Below are positions 41,522 through 51,051 of a stretch of DNA of 64,000 nt, one piece after another. The stretch is from Gammaproteobacteria bacterium (GTDB lineage Bacteria > Pseudomonadota > Gammaproteobacteria > S012-40). The position numbers and the translations under genes are program-made. Where the stretch lies: NCBI GenBank assembly GCA_029883265.1, contig JAOUJM010000001.1, forward strand, positions 10,511 to 74,510, written 5' to 3'. How positions within the stretch are numbered: position 1 is the stretch's first letter; each line of letters opens with the position of its first letter. The notes below the pieces were generated by a model. The model searched no databases. It worked only from the letters and a program-made list of their open reading frames with translations, and was not told the DNA's origin.

Positions 41522-41545
41522 TGAGCTAAAAAACAAGTCGATCAT
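41186..41545 (-). pseudogene. Duplicated 3' fragment of the 362-aa TPR gene fused to unrelated upstream sequence
   Basis: The last ~110 aa (NLMPNDTANLVALAWAQIASNQI...SFFEKA) are near-identical to the C-terminus of 47101..48189. The N-terminal MIDLFFSSAQPT is unrelated. Confidence 0.8.
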
Positions 41546-41877
41546 CCACCATAGATTATGAGCATAAAGCCCTTGACGAACGTATACTGTACTTGATTTG
41601 TTTTCGAGTAATGCATTGTTTTCAGTTGCAAGCTTGATTAGAAAATCACCTTCATCACCGAGTGTGCCTACTCATACATTTTCGTCTGAGAAAATATTTG
41701 GTAGGTGTAGTAATTGGAATAAGCATTCAACGATGTCTCAATATCGTAGAAGGACAATAAACTCCCATTTTCCACACTCAAGCGCACAACGAATTCTCTG
41801 TCACTACCCGCGCTCATAGTCAGTGAAACTGATAGCCCATAAATTATCTGAGTGCGACTTTAACATTGAAATACTCC

Positions 41878-42183
41878 TTAATGTGAATGACTCACCAAGA
41901 TCAACACTTTCATTTGATCATTGTTCACGGAAATTTCCAAACGATCAAAATTTAATTGTAATGGTGGGGAGTTTTGCACGGTTACATAGCTGTATCCGAC
42001 GTAGGTGGCAATTTCTTCTAACCTGTAGTGCCCACTTAGATAAGCTTGGGGCATGGCTTCACTGCGAGTGCTCGTATTTTTTTCATAGTACGCGATTGGT
42101 TTGGGGGGCGTTTGTCTTTGAGGCTTGGGGATATCTTTCAACGAAAAGATCGGGTTGAATGTTCGATTGCATTTCTTCAACAA
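41878..42183 (-). pseudogene. C-terminal remnant of an IS200/RayT-like (Y1) transposase-type protein (DnaA-C-like HTH tail)
   Basis: ...RSEAMPQAYLSGHYRLEEIATYVGYSYVTV... resembles the (A/Q)AYxSGxYxxxEIAxxxGxxYxTV tail of REP-associated tyrosine transposases. No catalytic N-terminal part present. Confidence 0.35.
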
Positions 42184-42369
42184 ATTCGCGAAGTGCTTTT
42201 TTAGCTAGTTTTCTGGACGAATGAGCCTTTGACGACGCGCTAACAAACTTATTGATAGTGTATATTTGGATTGCAAGTGCCGGGGCTTCAACTATGACTC
42301 ATTTCCGGACAACTTAAATCAGAAATGGTGTTGCAGCAGGATTTCCCACATTTTCCCTTGCCAACGGTA

Positions 42370-43845
42370 TTAGAAGCTTATCAATACTCCCATCTTCATC
42401 GATGATAGGCTGATTTGTCGTAATTTATGAAAGTGAGTATTTTTCAATTCAAGTTGGGGCAGATGATGCTGGTATCGTATAAAAATATTCATCGCAGATT
42501 GACTAAGGACTGGATACTGAATTCCCATAAGCGCAAACCAAGCGTTATGTATTTTCTCTTGCACTTGCATAGTCCCTTTTTGGGCCAGATAACTTTTTGC
42601 CTGAGAGTCGATTGTATTCCTGTTTAGAGAGTACCCCGAACCAATATTAAAGCCAATTTTGCGAAATGGTCTTATATCAAACATCACATAAAATGGGATG
42701 CTAGTAAATGTGCCACGACTCAACTCGCCTACTTGATTACTGCCCTGCTCATATGCCATACCTATAGTTAATTTTTGATAACCAAATTCCAGTTGCGGGT
42801 CGAAATGATTCTTTCGGTTTTTAGCATATAACGAATAGGCTATGCCAAACTTTGCATTTAGTGTTGAAATATTTCTTCGTTTCGTTATAAAACGGGAAGT
42901 ATGCATGGAAGTATGTGCAGAAATACCCAATAACACAATAGAGTTGCGTGCAGAAAATGTTTGGTCCAGTTTGGCGAGAAATGACAAATTAGGACTGCTT
43001 GTATCATATAAATACTGTGTTTGTTTTCCTTGGCTATCAATTTGCTCATATTGATACTGAACAAAGCCAAACAATCTTTGAGATAGAGGATAAGTGAGTG
43101 TAAAAGTATAGGCAATCATGCTGCCTTTAAGGCTTCCACGTGAAAGTTTTTTCCTTATTAAGTGATCGTCCTCATCCTTCAAGCGAAGTCGTGGTGCCTT
43201 AATCAAATTAAATTCGAAAATGAGTTGACGAAAAATACTTTCTACTGAAACACTCCAGTAAGGAATTTGCAAAAAAGTATTGTAGTGCAACACGGGACCA
43301 GAATGTGTATTAGCTGCGCGTGTGGAATCAGCATAAAATTGGTTTAGGTTACTGGCTACAAAATAGCGTTGACTGCTTCGATAACCTAGCGAAAATTTAT
43401 AAATCGTCTTAACTCCGCTGCTCCAGTGCTGAGTTTGTAAAGTTGAGACTCCTTTAACATTATTGGTTTTTTGGTTTAATACTAAATCACTTATTGAATA
43501 AACATCCGGTGTAGATATATTCCCCGATAACCAATCGCCATCTTTAAGTTGTCCACTTTTCTGTGTCGTACTTCGATTTGAGTTTAATTCGATCGATAAT
43601 CGATTACTTAATGCAGCTGCAATGGAAATTGAAGGGGATATGTTATTAATTGGAAAGTGCAATTCACTTACCGGGAAATGTAATTGAGCGTTTCTTTGCG
43701 CTAATTCCGTTTCCCCCCCAATACGATATTGATTATAGCCTTGGTAGAGACCTATTCCCGGCTGCAAAAAAAGTAGTTTAGCGCCAAAAACGCTTACCGC
43801 GTTCAACGTCAATCCCATGAAGATGATAATATTGCATGTGCGCAT
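42370..43845 (-). CDS. Predicted outer-membrane beta-barrel protein
   Basis: 491 aa. N-terminal signal (IIIFMGLTLNAVSVFG), alternating amphipathic beta-strand pattern, many aromatic girdle residues, C-terminal ...MGVLISF ending in Phe. Confidence 0.55.
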   Translation of the reverse strand: MRTCNIIIFMGLTLNAVSVFGAKLLFLQPGIGLYQGYNQYRIGGETELAQRNAQLHFPVSELHFPINNISPSISIAAALSNRLSIELNSNRSTTQKSGQLKDGDWLSGNISTPDVYSISDLVLNQKTNNVKGVSTLQTQHWSSGVKTIYKFSLGYRSSQRYFVASNLNQFYADSTRAANTHSGPVLHYNTFLQIPYWSVSVESIFRQLIFEFNLIKAPRLRLKDEDDHLIRKKLSRGSLKGSMIAYTFTLTYPLSQRLFGFVQYQYEQIDSQGKQTQYLYDTSSPNLSFLAKLDQTFSARNSIVLLGISAHTSMHTSRFITKRRNISTLNAKFGIAYSLYAKNRKNHFDPQLEFGYQKLTIGMAYEQGSNQVGELSRGTFTSIPFYVMFDIRPFRKIGFNIGSGYSLNRNTIDSQAKSYLAQKGTMQVQEKIHNAWFALMGIQYPVLSQSAMNIFIRYQHHLPQLELKNTHFHKLRQISLSSMKMGVLISF

Positions 43846-43876
43846 TTTACAATAGCCGCAACCACACGATAAAATA

Positions 43877-44809
43877 CTAAATATCAGTTGTTTCTTGATA
43901 ATTAAGAAGATACGGAGTAATTGTTTGCTCGGTTCGGTTCAATAAATAAAAACCGTGTTGATCGACAAGCGCGCCTCTTAATAAAATTAAATCACCATCG
44001 GTAGAAACAGAATATGATTGTATAACTCCACTGTATTCAAAATTAGCTGGGACAAAATCCAATGAATCGACAGTTGTCGTTTTTGGCTGAACATCCAGAA
44101 TATGAAGATCATTATCGGTGATGCCATATAGTTGATCTAGCAAAGAGTTGTATTGCCGAGGTTTGAAGGAAATGCCTTGTTCCGTATAAAAAGACAACTG
44201 TAGATCCAAAATTACTAAGGAATCAGTTGTTGGATGATAGAGAAAAGCTTCTGCATCCGTTTTCCATACGAAGAATCCGTATTGATCACTACTTTCTACG
44301 ACTGTACCAAAATCGTTGACGATCTTAAAGCTGTTGGCCGTGGAAACTGCGATTAAGCTACCATCGGGTGAAGTGTCTAAATTAATAGGTGGTTCTTCCA
44401 GGAGCATTCGAGTTATCTCTACTCCTGAGGCATCGTAAGCAATCAGTCCGTATTCTTGAGTTAGGCGATTTTCCGTGACAAAGAAGGTTGTATTATTTGT
44501 TAAACGAGCTGCGTATAGTTCTGCAATCGAATCTGCTTTGTGATCGTTCAGTTGCATAATTTTCACAGGAGTTTGAATCGATGTTGCTGCTGTAAACACG
44601 GTTTTAGTGTTACTCACCTGGTTATGGGAAGACTGAGGCCCCCAGGTTTTTTGAAGATCCTCGAGAAACAGAACACTGTTATCTGTATCAAAACTCGCGG
44701 CAAAGTAAGAAATGTGTCTTGTTTCCGTTTCTGTCTCGTTTGGCAACAGATCACATCCTAATAAAGTCACGGCAATGTAAGCCGTGACAAATCTAAACAA
44801 TATTTTCAT
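43877..44809 (-). CDS. Lipoprotein, beta-propeller-like (TolB/PD40-type SPDG/STDG motifs)
   Basis: 310 aa. Lipobox VTLLGC. Motifs DTSPDGSLIAVST, SVSTDGDLILLRG. Confidence 0.55.
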   Translation of the reverse strand: MKILFRFVTAYIAVTLLGCDLLPNETETETRHISYFAASFDTDNSVLFLEDLQKTWGPQSSHNQVSNTKTVFTAATSIQTPVKIMQLNDHKADSIAELYAARLTNNTTFFVTENRLTQEYGLIAYDASGVEITRMLLEEPPINLDTSPDGSLIAVSTANSFKIVNDFGTVVESSDQYGFFVWKTDAEAFLYHPTTDSLVILDLQLSFYTEQGISFKPRQYNSLLDQLYGITDNDLHILDVQPKTTTVDSLDFVPANFEYSGVIQSYSVSTDGDLILLRGALVDQHGFYLLNRTEQTITPYLLNYQETTDI

Positions 44810-44814
44810 AAACC

Positions 44815-46089
44815 TTAGAATCCAGAACTCGAAAGATCGCAGTTATTGCTGCTTGATCCATCGTTGCTTGAACTATTCGAGCTACTACAGTGCTCATTCC
44901 CATTTTCTGCAATGAATAGTAATTTACTTTTGGTTTCCGCTTCAACTTCTGCGGTAAATCGAGTGCCAGTCCATTTTTCTGGTAACCCCGTATTTACATA
45001 AATCGCTTCGAGTGCTTTAGTATGAAGGTTAGCAATAATTGATACAATAGGCGATTTATAGGTATAACCTACCCATATTTTAAGAGTACCCAACCATGTT
45101 TTAATGTAAATATAATTGCTACTCCAATGAGCGTAGGCTGCATAAACGTCTCGGCCCACTTTATTGTTATGCAAATCCATTTGGCCTGCCTTTGAGTCCC
45201 AGTTTTCACCCTTTTGTTCATGCGCGTTGGTAAATACCTCGGCCCACCATAAACCGCGACTTTCACTGGATGGCAAAATTAAAGTTGAAGAAGCAAAATG
45301 TGCAAGGTATGCATTCCATGCCGAATGCTGAAAGGAATTTGCTGAGGTACTATCAGCCGTGGTATTGAAAAGACTTTTAGTTGAGCTTTTAGCGTTGTTG
45401 GATGCATTGAAGGTGTCTAACCAATGTTCGGGGTGATTTACCAACAAATAGATTTCACCGGCACTCAATTTACTACCAAATAAATTCTCCAAGTCGTCGT
45501 AAATTGATTGAGAAACCGCCGCTGTATCTATAATTGCATTTTGCAGTTCAGCAATGGAAGCGGCAATTTGCATTTGTACCTGCGGCGTCGCAAGTTCGGA
45601 TATGACTATATAGTTTTTCTCTGCACCGATTTTTTTAAGTTCATTACGAATTTCTGCGACCACATAATCTTCAATATCTTGCTCCGTCATGACTTGATCC
45701 GGGGTCCCTGTTTGAGGATTAACTAAGTTTTGTACTTTCTCATTTGCAAAAGCCTCAACATTGAATGCAGGATAGCTTGTTCCTAGCGCTTGGATGATAG
45801 GTTCGACTGCGTCGAAAGTAGCTAGAAATTCAAGCCCTACACCATCCAAGGATTGAACCACGTGAGGTGTCAACATATCCACGAAATCATCATCGCTCAT
45901 TTCCAAAAGATTAGGAGGAAAGCTGGTTTTATATTTTTCGTAAAGCGGTTGCTCACTAGTGCCATACTGATGACTTACAAGTGAATCTCTATCGGAGTGA
46001 CTACACGCATGCAAAAATGTAGTCAATGATAAAACTATCAAGCAGGAAAATAACTTCCGATTATAAAAATTGTTTTCTAAAATTACCAT
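44815..46089 (-). CDS. Lipoprotein with H-x-x-W-N-A / N-A-H-E / D-L-H-N-N-x-V-G-R motifs (possible metal-dependent hydrolase), Ser/Asn-rich tail
   Basis: 424 aa. Lipobox FLHAC. NSFQHSAWNAYLAHF...FTNAHEQKGENW...MDLHNNKVGRDVYA. C-terminal SSSNSSSNDGSSSNN. Confidence 0.5.
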   Translation of the reverse strand: MVILENNFYNRKLFSCLIVLSLTTFLHACSHSDRDSLVSHQYGTSEQPLYEKYKTSFPPNLLEMSDDDFVDMLTPHVVQSLDGVGLEFLATFDAVEPIIQALGTSYPAFNVEAFANEKVQNLVNPQTGTPDQVMTEQDIEDYVVAEIRNELKKIGAEKNYIVISELATPQVQMQIAASIAELQNAIIDTAAVSQSIYDDLENLFGSKLSAGEIYLLVNHPEHWLDTFNASNNAKSSTKSLFNTTADSTSANSFQHSAWNAYLAHFASSTLILPSSESRGLWWAEVFTNAHEQKGENWDSKAGQMDLHNNKVGRDVYAAYAHWSSNYIYIKTWLGTLKIWVGYTYKSPIVSIIANLHTKALEAIYVNTGLPEKWTGTRFTAEVEAETKSKLLFIAENGNEHCSSSNSSSNDGSSSNNCDLSSSGF

Positions 46090-46619
46090 AATATTTTTCT
46101 CAACTGTCTATTACCAAAAACAAGATCTTGCAGCAGGCTTCCTCAAGCTACACCTTGCGATGTTAACCATGCCTTTCTACTAACCTTCAGCTTTGCGAAC
46201 ATCTTGTAAAAGTAGGAAATGGGTGTCTTACAATTTACCCATTTAGAAATCATATGAGTCAATTTGACTGACGTAAAAGGTTGCGTCCCATTTTTCCAAC
46301 GGCCTACAGTAGAATTCGGCTAATAATAATTGGGAATCGGTACTCGAAAGAAATAAGTGTCGTTTTTTAATCGAGCAGCGATTAATTGAACCAATCGAAC
46401 TAATTTACCATTATTATTTTTGCGCATATTACATTACGCATGCAACTTGTCAATTACTTTTGGTTGCTTTAGTTTATTGAGGGATTGCAAACGGGTTAAT
46501 TGTCGGGCTTAGGATTGTGGCTGATAGAGTTTCACACTAGCTGATTTTGTTCGTGGTGCGAATTCGAGTCTTAACGCATTCTCAACTAATAATCTCCATC
46601 AAAGTTGGCCTAAACATTT

Positions 46620-46944
46620 TCAGGCTGAATCAAATTCAAAGGACACTACTGCGCAATCTTTATTTCCACGACCTTGGCGCTCCAACTCGTTATATACAAA
46701 CTGTTGAAGCTGCGATGAAACGCCGTTTTCCTCACACGCCGGCACATTGTTAACTTTCTTGAAAAAGATATAGGCTTCAAAAGAATTCATCCTTGGCCAT
46801 AATATGAGAATCATGAGCCTTAACGGGACAAATATTCTTAAAATACCCGCGAAATGCATCGTTGACATGATCCATATTTCGATCACGCTCTTTCATGCGT
46901 CTCTTTGCTCTGGCAAATGCTTCGTCACTTGGTATTTTACTCAT
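46620..46944 (-). pseudogene. Small gene apparently split by a frameshift near 46780
   Basis: ATG 46944: MSKIPSDEAFARAKRRMKERDRNMDHVNDAFRGYFKNICPVKAHDSHIMAKDEFF* (stop 46777-46779). It continues plausibly in another frame (ORF 46620..46886: ...SFEAYIFFKKVNNVPACEENGVSSQLQQFVYNELERQGRGNKDCAVVSFEFDSA). Confidence 0.3.
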
Positions 46945-46980
46945 CTATTTTCGCCTTCCTGACCTAGTGATCTTGCTCAA

Positions 46981-47436
46981 AGATGTTTAGTCGGATTGCA
47001 CAAAAAAATGTTCGTTTGACTATTCTTTATACGATTTTAATTTTTTAGTCTATTTTTGCCTAGCCATATGAGATGTCATGTCAATTTAAAGCGCTGAAGA
47101 TCAAGCTTTTTCAAAAAAACTTATAACGCTCTGAATGATTTTTTCCGGTGTATCAAGATTGTCTCCTGCTGCGAGAATAGTTTTACATAGGAGTACGAGC
47201 GGAGAATTTGGCTGCATGGCTTCCGCTTTTAGCAATACTTCGCTGGCCTGATTGTCATTGCCTTCAAACAATGCCACCAAAGCCAAACTTGCGAGTGTTT
47301 CCGCACTTTGTCCATCAAGTATTAATGCTTGCTGCAAGTTGCTTTTTGCTACTGAGATTTGATTACTGGCTATTTGCGCCCAGGCCAATGCAACCAGGTT
47401 CGCAGTGTCGTTTGGCATGAGGTTTGTGGCCTGTTG
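46981..47436. repeat. 456-bp direct repeat, copy B (within and downstream of the intact TPR gene)
   Basis: See copy A. Confidence 0.9.
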
Positions 47437-48189
47437 CAAATAGTCACAAGCGGAGGAAAAATCCTGTTGCTGTAATGCAATCATGCCCAGCCCAGACAAG
47501 GACCGTGCATTTTTTGCATCACGCTTCAACGCATGATGGTAATATTGTTTGGCATGATTCAAATCAGATCGATCAAAACTTATCGTCCCCAACACTACAT
47601 GGGCTTCAAGCGAATCAGCATCTAATTCCAAAGCTGTTGTGGCATACTCTAAGGCCCTGTCTTGTTGTTGCGCATCCAAAGAAATAATCGCTAGTTGTCC
47701 GAGTGCTGTCACATCCTGAGGATGCCGCACAAGATATTTTTCGAGATTAGACTGCGCTTCATCAAGTTTATTGAGGTGATGCTGTGCTCGCGCAAGTACA
47801 ACCGCTACATTGGGTACTTGTTGAGACTGTAGATCAATTGCACGAAGCACCTCTTCGGCTTGCTCATACTCTCCTGTATATAAGTAGGCATAACCAAGAT
47901 TGTAACGCAGCACATCATTATCCACGCCTTGTCGCTGCATATCCAACAAAGTAGCAATCGCTTGCTTATAATCACCACTGGCGATGCTGAATGTTGCTAA
48001 ACGAAAAAGCAAACCCGGGTCAGCTCCTAAGCGTTGGATGGCAGATTTAATCTGTTGTTCTGCGTTATCAAACTGCGCAAGCTGCGTTTGTAAATCAATC
48101 ACACGATACAAAAGATGCAAATTGTTTTCGTCTTGTGACAAATAACCTAAAAACTTGTTGAGCTCTGTTTGCAGTTGATCCGTATCCAT
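47101..48189 (-). CDS. TPR-repeat protein (362 aa)
   Basis: Repeated 34-aa A/Y/L-rich helical pairs (e.g. YNLGYAYLYTGEYEQAEEVLRAI, AHVVLGTISFDRSDLNHAKQYYHHALKRD). Confidence 0.8.
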   Translation of the reverse strand: MDTDQLQTELNKFLGYLSQDENNLHLLYRVIDLQTQLAQFDNAEQQIKSAIQRLGADPGLLFRLATFSIASGDYKQAIATLLDMQRQGVDNDVLRYNLGYAYLYTGEYEQAEEVLRAIDLQSQQVPNVAVVLARAQHHLNKLDEAQSNLEKYLVRHPQDVTALGQLAIISLDAQQQDRALEYATTALELDADSLEAHVVLGTISFDRSDLNHAKQYYHHALKRDAKNARSLSGLGMIALQQQDFSSACDYLQQATNLMPNDTANLVALAWAQIASNQISVAKSNLQQALILDGQSAETLASLALVALFEGNDNQASEVLLKAEAMQPNSPLVLLCKTILAAGDNLDTPEKIIQSVISFFEKA

Positions 48190-48205
48190 GCAGGTTCCTG
48201 TTGGC

Positions 48206-48763
48206 TTAGTTTATCGTCTTATACGCGTTTTTTGCTAATTGAAGATTATTATTAACATCCTCATTGCTTTGATCTTGATTGAGCTGTGTTAACAATTCCT
48301 TGGCCTTGCCAAAATATAAATTATCGGCAGGTGCAGACTGCATCAGTCGATTCAAACACTCACGAGATTTCTCGAATTCTCCTTTTTGCGCATGGGCAAG
48401 TCCCTTATAAAACAGTGTCGGCGGACTCAAAGGCTCAACCTCTAACACTTCTGCCCATATTTGTAGCGCGTCATCAATCTGGTTTGAGTCAAAGTGTAAC
48501 ATACCGTACTCAAATTTTTCGATGGTTGCTTGATGACTGTTTTTTAGGTATTGCTGATAAAATTGTTTGGCTTTGTCATACAAATGCAATTGCGCGAACA
48601 ACTTTCCTCCCATAATTAATGCCTCGCTATTATCCGCATCGACTTTCAGCACTTGTTTGATTTTTAATAAAGCGTGATCGACCCGATTTTGCTCGATATC
48701 TAAACGTGCTAAGGCCACTAGCTCCCTATTATCAAATTCATTCAACATGGATTGAATATCCAT
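48206..48763 (-). CDS. Small TPR protein (185 aa), size/shape of a type-III-secretion class-II-like chaperone
   Basis: Three to four TPR units (ALIMGGKLFAQLHLYDKAKQFYQQYLK, LFYKGLAHAQKGEFEKSRECLNRL). Sits between the sigma factor and the large TPR gene. Confidence 0.6.
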   Translation of the reverse strand: MDIQSMLNEFDNRELVALARLDIEQNRVDHALLKIKQVLKVDADNSEALIMGGKLFAQLHLYDKAKQFYQQYLKNSHQATIEKFEYGMLHFDSNQIDDALQIWAEVLEVEPLSPPTLFYKGLAHAQKGEFEKSRECLNRLMQSAPADNLYFGKAKELLTQLNQDQSNEDVNNNLQLAKNAYKTIN

Positions 48764-48803
48764 TATTACTTCTCCTCAATTATTTTCAATTCATTCAAAC
48801 CTG

Positions 48804-49538
48804 TTAGTAACTAACATCCATTGTTTCCGAATGATCCATAAGTTTTCGTAGATTGTCCAAACCACTTTTGTGGAGTTGGGATACGCGCGCTTTTGATAAA
48901 CTCATTAACTTGGCTATGGACTCAAAGCTTAGATGATAAAAATAGTGACAGCGTAACACTTCTTGCTCGTTTTCTTTCAATCTGCCGACTAAATCCCGCA
49001 TTTGAGATTTCAAGCGCCGTAGTTCGTCACTGTTATATGGATTACCATCAATTGCCACTGGGTGATCTTCACTGTCAAGTATATAACTGATCGCAAAGTT
49101 TACCGTGGTCTCAACCATTCGCGCAAACACCGACTGTTTAAAAGCCTCCGAGTCCACAGAGGTAATCGATGTTACACGATCGGCCTGGGCCTGCTTGGCG
49201 AAACTATATTGTTTTCGTTTTTCAGTAAAGTTTTGAATACCATTAAGAATGGCTCCTTTGATTCGATAGCTTGCGAAGCTTGAAAATCGTATATTCTTCT
49301 GCCAATCAAAACGATCAATTGACTCAATAAGACCGACGGTTCCCAATTGAATATAATCGTCTAGGTCAATATCATGCTGATTCTGTTTTAAATAAACATG
49401 GGTTGCAGTTTGCCGGACCAAGCCGAGATAGTGACAGATAATTTTATCTCTAACTTTGCCGCATGAATCCGAATCAAGCTGCTGCCACAAATCCAGTTCA
49501 TCATTGATTATCGGTTCTTCCGCTGAAATTGTCATCAT
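48804..49538 (-). CDS. fliA: FliA-type (sigma-28 class) RNA polymerase sigma factor
   Basis: 244 aa. Region 2 (DDYIQLGTVGLIESIDRFD...FSSFASYRIKGAILNGI) and region 4 HTH (SFESIAKLMSLSKARVSQLHKSGLDNLRKL). Located in the flagellar cluster. Confidence 0.75.
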   Translation of the reverse strand: MMTISAEEPIINDELDLWQQLDSDSCGKVRDKIICHYLGLVRQTATHVYLKQNQHDIDLDDYIQLGTVGLIESIDRFDWQKNIRFSSFASYRIKGAILNGIQNFTEKRKQYSFAKQAQADRVTSITSVDSEAFKQSVFARMVETTVNFAISYILDSEDHPVAIDGNPYNSDELRRLKSQMRDLVGRLKENEQEVLRCHYFYHLSFESIAKLMSLSKARVSQLHKSGLDNLRKLMDHSETMDVSY

Positions 49539-49550
49539 CCATACAACAGC

Positions 49551-50300
49551 TTATAGAAAACTTCCCATTAATGCTTCAATCACCAAGTTCCAACCGTCAA
49601 TTAACACAAACATCATAATTTTGATGGGCAGAGAAATCATCATGGGCGGTACCATTAACATGCCCATGGACATTAGGATACTCGCCACCACCAAATCGAT
49701 AAGCAAAAAGGGCAAAAAAATAACAAATCCAATTTGAAAAGCGGTTTTTAATTCACTAATCATAAATGCCGGAATCAAAGTGAAATTACTTATTTCTTCT
49801 ACGGTGCCAGGCATTTCTTCTCCCGCCAAATCAATCATCAGTGCAATATCTTTTTCTCGCGATTGCTTAATCATAAATTCCCGGAGTGGTGACATTGCCA
49901 AATCAAAGGCGTGCCCCGGTTGCATTTGATCGTTCATGAAGGGCTGAAACGCTTGCTGGTTAATCTGTTTAAATACGGGCGCCATATTAAACACCGTCAG
50001 AAACAATGCAAGACTAATCAAAACCGTATTCGGTGGTGTTTGCTGCATACCAAACGCATGGCGCAATATGGCTAATACTACGATAATTCGCGTAAACGAT
50101 GTCATAACTACTAGAATGGCTGGTACCAGACTGAGTACAGTCAACCCCAATAATACTTTAAGCGCTGCCGCGATTTCAGTTTTGTCTTCAGCTTTATCAG
50201 CAAATGAAACACTAATGCCGGGCAACTCGATATCGGCCGCTTGAATTTGTCCTGACCAAACAAAAACCGCTAATCCTAGAAATAAAAGCAAAAACTTCAT
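49551..50300 (-). CDS. fliP: Flagellar export apparatus protein FliP
   Basis: 249 aa. Signal peptide + TM helices. Conserved ...TLIPAFMISELKTAFQIGFVIFLPFLLIDLVVASILMSMGMLMVPP... Confidence 0.9.
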   Translation of the reverse strand: MKFLLLFLGLAVFVWSGQIQAADIELPGISVSFADKAEDKTEIAAALKVLLGLTVLSLVPAILVVMTSFTRIIVVLAILRHAFGMQQTPPNTVLISLALFLTVFNMAPVFKQINQQAFQPFMNDQMQPGHAFDLAMSPLREFMIKQSREKDIALMIDLAGEEMPGTVEEISNFTLIPAFMISELKTAFQIGFVIFLPFLLIDLVVASILMSMGMLMVPPMMISLPIKIMMFVLIDGWNLVIEALMGSFL

Positions 50301-50314
50301 GCTTAGGTCTACCT

Positions 50315-50728
50315 TTATAATTCTTGTTTTGCACTTGCTATGGCTGTGACATTAACATGATCACCGGCTTGCGATAATAAAAATGTCTGCTGATCGATTT
50401 CAACCAAGAACACGGTGGTCTTGGTTGATAAACGCTGCGTCTCCAATAATCGTATCCGTCGCCCTCCTGGCGATTGTGCCGATGGTACAAAATTAAAACG
50501 GCGCATTATATAAATTGAAAATACCGCCAACGTAATCGCAATCACTAATCCTACAAACACTTTTGAAACCAATGCAACGGTTATAACCTCGTCTTGCTTA
50601 AAAGGAATTGCTGACGATTCTGTGCGTAACTCGATGCGCTCGTTCTTTTGCAGAGTGCCCGCGGGATCATCAGCAGCCAAACTTAACATCGGCATCAATA
50701 GCAGTAACAACAAAATAGTTTTTTTCAT
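50315..50728 (-). CDS. fliO: Flagellar biosynthesis protein FliO
   Basis: 137 aa, single TM (VFVGLVIAITLAVFSIYIM). C-terminal LLETQRLSTKTTVFLVEIDQQTFLL pattern. Immediately upstream of fliP. Confidence 0.7.
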   Translation of the reverse strand: MKKTILLLLLLMPMLSLAADDPAGTLQKNERIELRTESSAIPFKQDEVITVALVSKVFVGLVIAITLAVFSIYIMRRFNFVPSAQSPGGRRIRLLETQRLSTKTTVFLVEIDQQTFLLSQAGDHVNVTAIASAKQEL

Positions 50729-51027
50729 TATTTTTGGATATCAGTCACTTGAACACCATAATTATTATCCACTGCCACGAGATTGCCCCGAGCCACTACT
50801 TTACCATCTAAAATAATATCCACCGGCGCATTAATTTCCTGATTGAGCTGCAATACTTCATTTTCTTTTAAATCATACAATTCACCAACCGTCATCTCAG
50901 AATCACCCAATCTGACTTCAAGCGATACCTTTACATTACGAATCAGTTCCATATCGTTATCTAGCAACTTTTTTCCTTGGTCTTCTTCAATAAAAAACTC
51001 ACCAAGTTCTACATTCTTTACCACCAT
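50728..51027 (-). CDS. fliN: Flagellar motor switch protein FliN (SpoA domain)
   Basis: 99 aa; VSLEVRLGDSEMTVGELYDLKENEVLQLNQEINAPVDIILDGKVVARGNLVAVDNNYGVQVTDI. Confidence 0.85.
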   Translation of the reverse strand: MVVKNVELGEFFIEEDQGKKLLDNDMELIRNVKVSLEVRLGDSEMTVGELYDLKENEVLQLNQEINAPVDIILDGKVVARGNLVAVDNNYGVQVTDIQK

Positions 51028-51051
51028 TTTACCATCCTCATTGATTTCTAA

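Noticed and set aside
41546-42360. ORFs 41598..41819 (+), 41823..42158 (+) and short minus-strand ORFs in the left part of the insert
   Set aside because: No coherent protein-like translation apart from the RayT-like tail fragment. Frames are broken by stops, so these are treated as decayed remnants.
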